DNA from: Isoptericola halotolerans | GTDB lineage: Bacteria; Actinomycetota; Actinomycetes; Actinomycetales; Cellulomonadaceae | Assembly: GCF_013149785.1 (NCBI RefSeq) | Contig: NZ_JABEZU010000004.1 | Location: forward strand, 186,001-250,000 | Reading direction: 5' to 3' | Length of the DNA stretch: 64,000 nucleotides | Shown: piece after piece, positions 30,416 through 39,711 of the stretch | Layout: every line of letters begins with the position of its first letter | Position numbering within the stretch: position 1 is the first letter of the stretch | Notes under the pieces: generated by a model | The model's database searches: none | Told to the model about the DNA's origin: nothing | The model's input: the letters and a program-made list of their open reading frames with translations, nothing else | Made by a program: the position numbers and the translations under genes

Positions 30416-31375
30416 TCACTTGATCCCGGTGAAGCCGATCGAGTTGACGATGCGCCGGGCGAAGAGCCCGAAGAGCAGGAGCATCGGGAGCGCGGCGAGC
30501 AGCGTCGCCGCCATGAGGCCGGCCCAGTCGGGGGCGGACTGCGGCGCCTGGGCGCGGAAGATGCCGAGCGCCAGGGTGAGGACGCGCGAGTCCTCGGACT
30601 GGCTGACCAGCAGCGGCCACAGGTAGTCGTTCCAGGCGGTCATGTACGTGAGGATCGCCAGGGTGGCCACCGCCGGGGACGCCATGGGCAGGATGATCGT
30701 GAAGAAGGTGCGGAACCGGCCGGCGCCGTCGAGCTTCGCGGCTTCCTCGACCTCCACGCTGATCCCCGCGAAGAACTGCCGCAGGAAGAACACCGCGAAG
30801 GGCGTCATGATCGTGGTGGGCAGCGCGATGCCGGCCAGGGTGTCGAGCAGGCCGAGGTCGCGGATCAGCAGGAAGTTCGGCAGCAGGGTGAAGATCACCG
30901 GCACCATGAGCCCGGCGAGGAACACGCTGTAGACGACGTCGCGTCCCGGCCAGCGCAGCCGCGCGAACGCGTAGGCGGCCATCGCGGAGAAGAAGATCTG
31001 CCCGGCGGTGACGAGCGTCGCCACCACGACGGAGTTCAGCAGGTACCGCGGGAAGTCGAGCGAGGCGCCCGAGCCGCCGTCGGCCAGGGACTCCGCCGGC
31101 GTCGCCAGGCCGAGCGCCCGGCGGAACCCCTCCGTGCTGAACCCGACCGGCAGCGGGTCGGCCGCCCCGCCGGGCAGCGCCGCGTTGGTCGACAGCGCCG
31201 TGCGCAGCATCCAGTAGAAGGGGAACAACGTCGCGAGCATGACCAGGACGAGCACGACCCAGCCGAGGACCCTGCCGAGGCCGGGACGGCGGAGGCGACG
31301 TCGTCGTCGGGGGGCGCTCGCCGGCGTCACGGTGCCGGTGCCGGGCGGTGCGGGCGCTGGTGCGGTGGTGGTCAT
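30416..31375 (-). CDS. Carbohydrate ABC permease
   Basis: EEAAKLDGAG EAA motif; WNDYLWPL. Confidence 0.95.
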   Translation of the reverse strand: MTTTAPAPAPPGTGTVTPASAPRRRRRLRRPGLGRVLGWVVLVLVMLATLFPFYWMLRTALSTNAALPGGAADPLPVGFSTEGFRRALGLATPAESLADGGSGASLDFPRYLLNSVVVATLVTAGQIFFSAMAAYAFARLRWPGRDVVYSVFLAGLMVPVIFTLLPNFLLIRDLGLLDTLAGIALPTTIMTPFAVFFLRQFFAGISVEVEEAAKLDGAGRFRTFFTIILPMASPAVATLAILTYMTAWNDYLWPLLVSQSEDSRVLTLALGIFRAQAPQSAPDWAGLMAATLLAALPMLLLFGLFARRIVNSIGFTGIK

Positions 31376-31382
31376 CGGTGCC

Positions 31383-32321
31383 TCACGCCATGTCGTTCTG
31401 GTTGGCCCGGGTGGCCCGGAACTGGACGATGGAGATCGTCGCGAGGACGACCATGAGCGCCACGGACATCGCCGAGGCGTAGCCGAAGTCGTAGCCGCGG
31501 CTGAACGCGACCTCGTAGATGTAGTACTGGACGACGTTCGACGCGTTCGCGGGGCCGCCCTGGGTGGTGACGGAGACGGTGTCGAACACCTGGAACGAGC
31601 CGATCATCGTGACGATGAGGACGAGCCCGAGGTAGGGCCGCAGCAGCGGCATCGTGATCTCCCGGAACATCCGCAGCTCGGACGCGCCGTCGACGCGACC
31701 GGCCTCGTACAGGTTGGCGGGGATGGTCTGCAGGCCGGCGAAGACCAGCAGCGCGGTGTAGCCGAGGTGCCGCCACACGTTGACCATGGCGATCGTCGGG
31801 ATGACCAGGGACTGGTCGCCGAAGAACATGACCCGGTCCCACCCGAGCCCTTCGACGACCTCGTTGACGAACCCGAGCTGGTAGTCGAGCAGCATCAGGA
31901 AGAGCATCGCCGCGACGACGTTCGAGACCAGGTAGGGCGTCAGGATGATGCCGCGCACGATCATCGACCGGGTCAGGCGGTGCATCAGGACGGCCACCAG
32001 GACCGCCAGGACGGTCTGGACGCCGATGTTGAGCACGACGTACCAGATCGTCACGCGGAACGCGTTCCAGAACACCGGGTCGGCGACCATGCGCTCGTAG
32101 TTCGCCAGACCGACGAACCCTCCCGGTTGGAACGCGGTGGAGTCGGTGAGGCTGAGCCAGATGCCTCGTAGGGTCGGCCACAGCAGGAAGGCGACGAACC
32201 CGACGGTCGCGGGCAGGATGAAGACCAGGGCGGCCGGCAGGTCTCCCAGGCCCTGGAGGCGCCGACGCCGCGTGCCCGGGGACGGGCGGGCCCGCCCGGT
32301 CGCTGCGGGGGCGGCGCTCAC
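31383..32321 (-). CDS. Carbohydrate ABC permease
   Basis: LYEAGRVDGAS; FQVFDTV..TQGGP; GTGA overlap with GH36 stop. Confidence 0.95.
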   Translation of the reverse strand: MSAAPAATGRARPSPGTRRRRLQGLGDLPAALVFILPATVGFVAFLLWPTLRGIWLSLTDSTAFQPGGFVGLANYERMVADPVFWNAFRVTIWYVVLNIGVQTVLAVLVAVLMHRLTRSMIVRGIILTPYLVSNVVAAMLFLMLLDYQLGFVNEVVEGLGWDRVMFFGDQSLVIPTIAMVNVWRHLGYTALLVFAGLQTIPANLYEAGRVDGASELRMFREITMPLLRPYLGLVLIVTMIGSFQVFDTVSVTTQGGPANASNVVQYYIYEVAFSRGYDFGYASAMSVALMVVLATISIVQFRATRANQNDMA

Positions 32322-34498
32322 CGGTCCTCCTCCACGTGGATCAGCGCGGAGCGGTCCGGGTCCAGCGCCGGCACCTGGACCCCGACGCTGCCGAGCGTCG
32401 CCCCGGTGAGCCGCAGCCCGTGCTGCCACCAGGCCGGGTAGACCCGGGGGTCGCGCTGCGACGTCGCCCCCGGGCCGGCCGCCTCGACCCGGTAGGTGCG
32501 CGCCGGGTCGAGGCCGGGCAGCAGCACCCGGCCGGGCGGCCAGGTGACGTGCCGCTCCAGGACGGTGACGCAGTACAGGGCCTCGGACCGGTCCGGGCGG
32601 ACCGCCCCGTGGAGCCACAGGTCGCCGCCCTCCAGGTGGCGCCGGACCGTCGTCCCGGTGTGCAGCAGGTCACGCACCTGCTGGTAGTACTCGACCCAGG
32701 CGCGCAGCTCGGCCCGCTCGTGCTCGCCCGCCTCCGCGAGGTCCCACTCGATGCCCAGGTGGCCGAACAGCGCCGTCGCGGCGCGGAACGACAGGTCCAG
32801 CCGGCGGCCGGTGGTGTGGGCGCGCTCGGCACCGACGTGACTGCCGACCAGCTCGGGCGGGAGCAGCTGGGCGGTCCAGCGCTGGATCTCCTGGCGCTCG
32901 TGCGCGTCGATGCAGTCCGAGGCCCACACCCGGTCGGTGCGCTCGAGGATCTCGAGGTCGACGCGGGCGCCCCCGGAGGAGCACGACTCGATCTCGAGCG
33001 CCGGGCGTGCGGCGCGCACCCGGTCCAGCAGCGCGTAGGCCGCCAGGGTCTGGGCGTGGACGCCGGCCCGTCCGGTGCGGGTCGAGCCGGCGTCCACGAG
33101 GTCGCGGTTGTGGTCCCACTTGACGAAGTCGACGCCCAGGTCCTCGACGACGGCCAGCACGCTGGTGAGCACGTGGTCGAACGCGCCGGGGTGGGTGAGG
33201 TCGAGCACCTGCTGGTGGCGGGCCTCGACGGGCAGCCGGCCGGGCACCTGGAGGAGCCACTCCGGGTGCGCCCTCGCGAGCTCGGAGTCGAGGTTGACCA
33301 TCTCGGGCTCGAACCACAGGCCGAACTCCATGCCGAGCCCCTTGACGTGCTCGACCAGCTCCTTGAGACGCCCGGCACCCCACATCTCCTCCGAGACGTG
33401 CCAGTCACCCAGACCGGCGGTGTCGTCGCGGCGCGAGCCGAACCACCCGTCGTCGAGCACGAACCGTTCGACGCCGACGTCGGCGGCGTGGTCGGCGAGC
33501 TCCTTGAGCCGGTCCAGGTCGTGGTCGAAGTAGACGGCCTCCCACACGTTCATGACGACCGGACGCGGGGAGCGCGGGTGACCCGGCCGTGCGCGCAGGT
33601 GCCCGTGGAACCGGGCGGCGAGCCCGTCCAGGCCGTCGCCGTGGCCCGCGTAGAGACGTGGCGAGGAGTACGTCTCGCCGGGATCCAGCTCGATCTCGCC
33701 GGGCAGCAGCAGCTCTCCGCCGAGGAGCAGGCGCTCGCCGCCGAAGGTCCGCTCCGCGGCGACGTGGTGGTTGCCGCTGAACGCGACGTGCATCCCCCAC
33801 ACCTCGCCGTGGCCGAAGTCGAAACCGGGCCGGCCGGCCACGAGCAGGGTGGCGGCGTCGGCCCCGGTCCGCCCGTGCCGCCCTTCGCGCAGGTGGGTGC
33901 CGACGGTGAAGTCTCGCCGCTGCGGTACCCGCTCCTTGGCCCAGCGGCCGGCGAGGTCGAGCAGCTCGTCGGCCGAGGTCGGCACCGGCAGCGCCAGGCG
34001 CAGCGCGTCGACCGCGTAGGGCGTGCTCCCCCGGTTGGTCAGGTGCGCCCGCAGCCGCAGCAGGCCGGAGGCGAGGAGCTCGGTCTCGAGCACCAGGCGC
34101 AGCGCGGTCTCGGCGTCGTCGGCGGTGACGGTGACGGTCCCGCCCGCGTCGCGCCGATCGACGACGACGTCGACGGGCGTGAACCTCGGCGACCAGTCGC
34201 GGCCGGAACGATGGCCCTCGAGGCCGGGGCTGCCGGTCCAGCCGGTCCAGGGCTCGGGCAGCAGGGCGACAGGGGCGGGTTCGTCGACGCCGTTCGTCGC
34301 CAGCGGCGGCCGGGCGGCGTGCTCCAGCTCGGCGAGCGCGGCGTCGTCGAGCGGTCCCGGGTCGGCGCCCCAGTGCAGCACCGTGGGCAACCGGTCGGGC
34401 GGGAGGGAGAGCACCACGGCCGCCCCTGCGGCAGCCAGCCGCACCCTGGTGGGCCATCCACGTCCTGCGGCGGCAACGCCGTCCTGCGCCATCGGCAT
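32318..34498 (-). CDS. GH36 alpha-galactosidase
   Basis: NVWEAVYFD, FVLDDGWFG, FGLWFEPEM, KWDHNR, ESCSSGGAR, WASD; start approximate. Confidence 0.93.
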   Translation of the reverse strand: MPMAQDGVAAAGRGWPTRVRLAAAGAAVVLSLPPDRLPTVLHWGADPGPLDDAALAELEHAARPPLATNGVDEPAPVALLPEPWTGWTGSPGLEGHRSGRDWSPRFTPVDVVVDRRDAGGTVTVTADDAETALRLVLETELLASGLLRLRAHLTNRGSTPYAVDALRLALPVPTSADELLDLAGRWAKERVPQRRDFTVGTHLREGRHGRTGADAATLLVAGRPGFDFGHGEVWGMHVAFSGNHHVAAERTFGGERLLLGGELLLPGEIELDPGETYSSPRLYAGHGDGLDGLAARFHGHLRARPGHPRSPRPVVMNVWEAVYFDHDLDRLKELADHAADVGVERFVLDDGWFGSRRDDTAGLGDWHVSEEMWGAGRLKELVEHVKGLGMEFGLWFEPEMVNLDSELARAHPEWLLQVPGRLPVEARHQQVLDLTHPGAFDHVLTSVLAVVEDLGVDFVKWDHNRDLVDAGSTRTGRAGVHAQTLAAYALLDRVRAARPALEIESCSSGGARVDLEILERTDRVWASDCIDAHERQEIQRWTAQLLPPELVGSHVGAERAHTTGRRLDLSFRAATALFGHLGIEWDLAEAGEHERAELRAWVEYYQQVRDLLHTGTTVRRHLEGGDLWLHGAVRPDRSEALYCVTVLERHVTWPPGRVLLPGLDPARTYRVEAAGPGATSQRDPRVYPAWWQHGLRLTGATLGSVGVQVPALDPDRSALIHVEEDR

Positions 34499-34545
34499 GC
34501 TCGACACTCGCGCCAACTCCCTTGTCGTCCCCGCCGCTCCGCGGG

Positions 34546-34606
34546 TTCTGCAAACGTTGGTCAGAGAGTAGACGGGCGGGAGCCGATTCTGCAAACGTTG
34601 GTCAGA
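34546..34606. promoter_or_regulatory. Duplicated LacI-type operator (20-bp direct repeat)
   Basis: TTCTGCAAACGTTGGTCAGA at 34546-34565 and 34587-34606. Confidence 0.75.
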
Positions 34607-34737
34607 ACGCGTGCAGGAAGCCGCCGCTCACGGGAGGCCACGAGGTGCCGGCGCTGCGGCAGGACGGGGCCGTACGGGCAGGTCAGGGCGACAGGTAGAT
34701 CAGGCAGACAGGCCAGGGCCCGGGACCGGCCGGGACG

Positions 34738-35754
34738 TCAGGCGCGAGGCGGGGCGGTGCTGTCCCGCACCACCAGCCGCGGCTTCGCCGAGGAGCTGCG
34801 GGGCTTCGTCCCCGTGCCGAGCCACTGCGACAGCAGCCCGAAGGTCCGCCGGCCCAGCTCCGGGAAGTCCTGCGCGACGGTGGTCAACGCCGGCATCCAC
34901 ATCCGTGCGAACGGCTGGTCGTCGAAGCCCACCACGCTCACGTCACCGGGCACGCCCCGGCCCGCCTCGGCCAGCGCACGCACGACGCCGATCGCCAGCT
35001 CGTCGTTGCCGCACAGCACGGCCGTGACCGACGGGTCCTTCGCGAGCTCACGGCCCGCCTCGTACCCCGAGTCGGGGTCGTAGCTCGCCTGGATCATCGG
35101 CGGCAGCGGCACGCCCGCGTCGTTCATCGCGGACCGCCAGCCCCAGCTGCGCCCGGCGCGCTCCCGGGTCGCCGGGATCGCGACGTGGTGCACCGTGCGG
35201 TGCCCGAGCGACAGCAGGTACTGCGTCGCCTCCCGTCCGCCGGCCTCGTCGTCCAGGAACGCGTGCGGCCGCGACCCGGCCCGGCGCCGCGCACCCGCGG
35301 CCGCCACCACCGGCAGGGACGCGGGGAGCGCGTCGAGCGTCGCGATGCCCAGGGTGTCGAACTCGACCACGATCGCGCCCGCCAACGGCTGCGAGAGCAC
35401 CAGGTCGATCGCGCTCTTCATCGCTCCCGGGTCCTCGGACTCGATGACGCCGATCGTCACCACGAAGCCCTCGGCGCGCGCCGCCTCCTCGATGCCCTGC
35501 AGCGTGGCGGCGTAGCCGTAGCGCAGGGTGTTGCGCGCCAGCACCGCCACGGTGGAGCGCCGCCCGCTGACCAACGTCTGCGCCGCAGCGTTCGGGCGGT
35601 ACCCGAGCTCCGCCACGGCGCTCTCCACCCGGTCGCGCAGCTTCTGGCTGACGGGGGTGCGCCCGGTCAGGACGCGCGAGACGGTCGAGACGCTGACACC
35701 TGCCCGCTCTGCGACGTCACTGAGCACAGGGGGCTGTTGTCCGGACCGAAGCAC
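34738..35754 (-). CDS. LacI-family transcriptional regulator
   Basis: LSDVAERAGVSVSTVSRVL; YRPNAAA; VPGDVSVVGFDD; LTTVAQ. Confidence 0.95.
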   Translation of the reverse strand: MLRSGQQPPVLSDVAERAGVSVSTVSRVLTGRTPVSQKLRDRVESAVAELGYRPNAAAQTLVSGRRSTVAVLARNTLRYGYAATLQGIEEAARAEGFVVTIGVIESEDPGAMKSAIDLVLSQPLAGAIVVEFDTLGIATLDALPASLPVVAAAGARRRAGSRPHAFLDDEAGGREATQYLLSLGHRTVHHVAIPATRERAGRSWGWRSAMNDAGVPLPPMIQASYDPDSGYEAGRELAKDPSVTAVLCGNDELAIGVVRALAEAGRGVPGDVSVVGFDDQPFARMWMPALTTVAQDFPELGRRTFGLLSQWLGTGTKPRSSSAKPRLVVRDSTAPPRA

Positions 35755-35801
35755 AGTCGAAGGGTATCCGCCGCGCCCCGCGCCCCGGAGCGCGCGCCCG
35801 C

Positions 35802-37070
35802 TCAGGCGAGCCACTCCCGGGCCGCGGCGACCAGCAGGTCGGCGCCGAGCTCGAGCGTGGGCTCGGGCACCGGCGCGAAGAACGGTGAGTGGTTCGGCGC
35901 CACCCCCTCGGGCAGGTTGCCCATGCTCGCGCCGGCGGCGTCGAACCCCTCGAACAGCGCGGCGTCGAACCCGCCCAGGTTCCAGTAGACCAGCGGCACC
36001 CCCGCAGCCGTCGCCAGCTCGCCGACGTCCTCCGAGCCGGCCACCGGCGGCAGCTCGATGACGACGGGACGCCCACCGGCGGCCTCGATCGTCGCGCGTC
36101 GGTCCTCCACCAGGCGCTCCAGGACGGCCCGGGTGCGGGCCGAGGCGTCCGGGTCGTTGACCATGGCGCCGAACCCCGAGATCGACTCGACCTCCGGCGG
36201 GTGCGGCGCGCCGGACGCCGCCGCCTCGGCGTCGACGATCCGGCGGATCGCGGCGAGGACCCTGTCCCGGACGCGCTCGTCGAAGGTGCGCACGTTGACC
36301 AGCAGCTCGGCACGGTCCGGGATGATGTTCGCCTGCGTCCCGGCACGGACGGAGCCGACGGTGACGACCGCCGCCTCGCGCGCACCGATCTCGCGCGACA
36401 CGATGCCCTGCAGGCGCTGGATCGTGGCAGCGGCCATGAGCACCGGGTCGACGGTCCCCTCCGGGCTGGACCCGTGCCCGCCACTGCCGTGCAGGACGAT
36501 CCGCAGCGAGTCGGCGGCGGCCATCGCGGTGCCCGGTGTGAGGTTCACGGTGCCCACGGGCAACGGCATCACGTGCTGGCCGAGCACGACGTCGGGGGTG
36601 CCGACGCGCTCGTAGAGGCCGTCGTCGACCATGGCTCGCGCGCCGGCACCGGCCTCTTCGGCCGGCTGGAAGAGCACCTGCAGCGTGCCGGCCCACTCGG
36701 CGCGACGTCCGGCGAGGTCGGCGGCGGCACCGAGGAGGCAGGTGACGTGCACGTCGTGGCCGCAGGCGTGCATCGTGGGCGACTCTCCGTCGGCCGTGGT
36801 CGCGGTGTCCGTCGACGCGTAGGGCAGGCCGGTGCGCTCGGCGACCGGCAGGCCGTCCATGTCCGCCCGGAGCAGCACGGTCGGGCCCTCACCGTTGGCC
36901 AGGACGCCGACGACGCCGGTGCCGCCGATCCCCTCGTGGACCGTGAAGCCGGACGCCCGCAGCCGGTCGGCGACGATCTCCGCGGTGCGGTGCTCGGCGA
37001 AGGCGAGCTCCGGATGGGCGTGCAGGTCGGTGTAGATCGCGGTCAGCTCGTCGGCTGTGAGAGCGCTCAT
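35802..37070 (-). CDS. M20D amidohydrolase
   Basis: LHAHPELAFAE, LRADMDGLP, MHACGHD, FQPAEE, GSED, PNHSP. Confidence 0.93.
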   Translation of the reverse strand: MSALTADELTAIYTDLHAHPELAFAEHRTAEIVADRLRASGFTVHEGIGGTGVVGVLANGEGPTVLLRADMDGLPVAERTGLPYASTDTATTADGESPTMHACGHDVHVTCLLGAAADLAGRRAEWAGTLQVLFQPAEEAGAGARAMVDDGLYERVGTPDVVLGQHVMPLPVGTVNLTPGTAMAAADSLRIVLHGSGGHGSSPEGTVDPVLMAAATIQRLQGIVSREIGAREAAVVTVGSVRAGTQANIIPDRAELLVNVRTFDERVRDRVLAAIRRIVDAEAAASGAPHPPEVESISGFGAMVNDPDASARTRAVLERLVEDRRATIEAAGGRPVVIELPPVAGSEDVGELATAAGVPLVYWNLGGFDAALFEGFDAAGASMGNLPEGVAPNHSPFFAPVPEPTLELGADLLVAAAREWLA

Positions 37071-37206
37071 CCGGCCATCTTGCCCAGGACGGGCGGGAGC
37101 TGCCGCACGAGCGTCTCTGTTCGTCAGGATTCCCCGGCCGATTCCTGACGAACAGGGACGCTCGCGACGGCGCGGCGCCCGTCGTCCGCCGTCGGCGAAC
37201 TCGGAA

Positions 37207-37227
37207 ATTGAGTCGGCACGACTCAAG
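37207..37227. promoter_or_regulatory. HAIR box (HspR operator)
   Basis: ATTGAGT-CGGCACG-ACTCAAG versus consensus CTTGAGT-N7-ACTCAAG, directly upstream of hsp20. Confidence 0.88.
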
Positions 37228-37264
37228 TTATGCCCCTCAGCAGCACCCACCCCGAGGAGGAACC

Positions 37265-37684
37265 ATGATCGCCACCCTGACCCGTCCCGCGTTCGCCGAC
37301 GTCCGGATCCGGGACGCACGCCGTCTGCCGCTCGCACCCGCCGAGCGCCAGGCTGCCCCGGCCGACGTCTACCGCCAGGGCGAGGACCTCGTCGCCCGCT
37401 TCGACCTGCCGGGCATCGACCCGGCCGAGGACGTCACCGTCGAGCTCGAGGGCCGTCGGCTCGTCGTGCGCGGCGAGCGCCGGGACCACCGCGACGAGGA
37501 CGCGGAGGGCCGCCGCTACTCCGAGGTCCGCCTCGGCGAGTTCCGACGCGTCGTCCCGCTCCCGAAGGCGGTCGACGGCGAGTCCGTGACCGCGGCCTAC
37601 GACGCCGGCGTGCTCGCGGTGACGGTCACCGGCGTCTTCGCCGGCACGACGCCGCAGCGCATCGAGGTCACCACCGCGGCCTGA
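37265..37684 (+). CDS. Hsp20/alpha-crystallin small heat-shock protein
   Basis: DLPGIDP..DVTVE, VRGER, GEFRRVVPLP, AAYDAGVL; GAGGAGG RBS. Confidence 0.92.
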   Translation: MIATLTRPAFADVRIRDARRLPLAPAERQAAPADVYRQGEDLVARFDLPGIDPAEDVTVELEGRRLVVRGERRDHRDEDAEGRRYSEVRLGEFRRVVPLPKAVDGESVTAAYDAGVLAVTVTGVFAGTTPQRIEVTTAA

Positions 37685-37699
37685 CCGCGGTGACGAGCA

Positions 37700-37745
37700 C
37701 ACAGCGACGGGTGGTGGCGATCGATCGCCACCACCCGTCGCTGTG
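37700..37745. repeat. 46-bp perfect loop-less palindrome
   Basis: CACAGCGACGGGTGGTGGCGATC|GATCGCCACCACCCGTCGCTGTG. Confidence 0.9.
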
Positions 37746-37764
37746 CGGGGCAAGCGGGGTCGAT

Positions 37765-38223
37765 CTACTCCGTGATCTTCTCGACCTCGCCGAGAACGAA
37801 CCCGCGCTCCCCTTCCTCCACGCAGGCGGTGACAGCGTCACCCCTGTGCTCGTGCAGGTCCTCGAGATCCTCACCTCCACCGAACACCGTGTCACCGACG
37901 GCCAGCTTCTCGCCGGACGACGTCGTGAGCTCTCCCTCGCCGGAGAGAGACACGTCCGCGGGCCAGACGACGACGCGGACCGTGCCGCTGCCGTCGGGGG
38001 GAGCGAGACCGAGGCATCCGGCCGGGCTCGTGGCGAGGACGCCCTCGAACGCCGCATCGCCTCCACCCAGGTCCGCCACCTGCACCAGAGCCGTGGTGCC
38101 GCCCTGCGTCTCGACCTTCACGTTGGACGCATACCCCGACACGGATTCACCCGATCCGCACCCGCTCAGCACGGCGCCCACGAGCAGCACGGCCGCCGCC
38201 GATACCGGGCGACGCGAGCTCAT
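37765..38223 (-). CDS. Hypothetical lipoprotein
   Basis: VLSGC lipobox; A.FEGVL..GCLGL..VVVWP..VGDTVFGGG; ATGA overlap with M20 stop. Confidence 0.7.
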   Translation of the reverse strand: MSSRRPVSAAAVLLVGAVLSGCGSGESVSGYASNVKVETQGGTTALVQVADLGGGDAAFEGVLATSPAGCLGLAPPDGSGTVRVVVWPADVSLSGEGELTTSSGEKLAVGDTVFGGGEDLEDLHEHRGDAVTACVEEGERGFVLGEVEKITE

Positions 38224-39581
38224 GCGAAGTACTGCGGGACGTCGATCGGTCCGCCGGCCGCCGCGAACTCCGCGTCGACGGCGGCACGCAGCGCCGGGTC
38301 GCACAGGTAGTCCAGCGCGACCTGGGCGAGCCCGGCCGCACCGTCGACGGCGGCGCGCTCGGCGTCCGGCCCGGCGGCGGCCTCCGCGAACTCGGCCGTG
38401 TGCAGCGCGACCCCCGGGGCCGACACCTGGATGAGGGGGTGGATCCCCGGCACCCGGAAGCTCACGTTGCCGAAGTCCGTGGAGGCGGCCAGCGTCTCGG
38501 AGACGACCCCTCCCGGCAGCACGTCGCGGCCGCGCGCCCGCTGCGCCGCCACCCACCGGCGGGTCAGCGCCTGGTTGGTCCGCACCGGCAACGACGGGTG
38601 CGCGCCGTCGTCCCAGTCGATCTGCACCTGCGTGCCCGTGATCAGTGCGGCGCCGCGGGCGACGTCGTCGAGCCGCCGCGACAGGTCCCGCAGCGTGTCC
38701 GGGTACTTCGAGCGGGCGTAGAGGTGCATCACCGCACGCTCGGTGATGATGCTGGGCCGGGTGCCGCCCTCGACGATCGTGGCGTGCACCCGGTCCGACG
38801 GCGGCATCTGCTGCCGCAGCAGCCCGATGCCCTGGTAGGCCAGCGTGGCGGCGTCCAGGGCGTTGCGACCCATGAACGGCTGGGCGGACGCGTGGGCGGC
38901 CCGGCCCGTGAAGGTCCAGGTCAGCAGGCGCCGGCCGAGCCACACCTGGTCGGCGACGTCCACCCCGTAGGGATGCACCATGATCGCGGCGTCGACGTCG
39001 TCGAACGCCCCGGCACGCGCCATGACCTCCTTGCCGCTGTGGCCCTCCTCGGCCGGTGTGCCGAGCAGCACCACCCGGCCCGACGGCGCGTCCGGGCCGC
39101 GCATCACGTCGCGCAGCGCCAGGAACGCCCCCACGCCGGTGGCGGCGATCACGTTGTGGCCGCAGGCGTGGCCGATGACGGGCAGCGCGTCGTACTCGGC
39201 GCAGATCGCGATCGTCGGCCCGGCGACCGGGCCGGGACCCGTCAGCTCCGCACGGAACGCCGTGTCGACGCCGTGCACCCCGAGCTGCACCTCGATGCCG
39301 TGCTCGGCGACGACGTCCACGAGCAGCCGGGCGCTCTCGTGCTCCTCGAACGCGGTCTCCGGGTTCGCGTGCAACGACTGCACGATCCGGGTCAGGTCGG
39401 GCGCGAGCGAGGCGACCCGCGACTCGACCGCGGCGCGCAGCGCGGCCGGAGCGCCGCCGTCGTCCACGGACCCGGGTTCCGCTGCCTGCGCCGCGAGCGC
39501 CACACGACGGCGTTCCTCGGTCTCGTCGACGACGTGGTCGAGGTAGGCGGTGCTGGGCGGGGGCGGACCATCCACAGACAT
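38220..39581 (-). CDS. M20 family amidohydrolase (PM20D2/AbgB-like)
   Basis: LHANPETAFEE, AEYDALP..GHACGHN, GTPAEEG, ASTDFGNVS, HT. Confidence 0.92.
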   Translation of the reverse strand: MSVDGPPPPSTAYLDHVVDETEERRRVALAAQAAEPGSVDDGGAPAALRAAVESRVASLAPDLTRIVQSLHANPETAFEEHESARLLVDVVAEHGIEVQLGVHGVDTAFRAELTGPGPVAGPTIAICAEYDALPVIGHACGHNVIAATGVGAFLALRDVMRGPDAPSGRVVLLGTPAEEGHSGKEVMARAGAFDDVDAAIMVHPYGVDVADQVWLGRRLLTWTFTGRAAHASAQPFMGRNALDAATLAYQGIGLLRQQMPPSDRVHATIVEGGTRPSIITERAVMHLYARSKYPDTLRDLSRRLDDVARGAALITGTQVQIDWDDGAHPSLPVRTNQALTRRWVAAQRARGRDVLPGGVVSETLAASTDFGNVSFRVPGIHPLIQVSAPGVALHTAEFAEAAAGPDAERAAVDGAAGLAQVALDYLCDPALRAAVDAEFAAAGGPIDVPQYFA

Positions 39582-39711
39582 GCGGCCATCGTACGGACGG
39601 CGCCGCACGGCACGACGTCTGCCGCCTCCGCGGTTGCCGGTCTGGCAAAGCAGTTTCCACGCTCGAGCGGGCGGGAGGAGCATGGGAGCGCCCGCACCCT
39701 CAGGAGACCCC

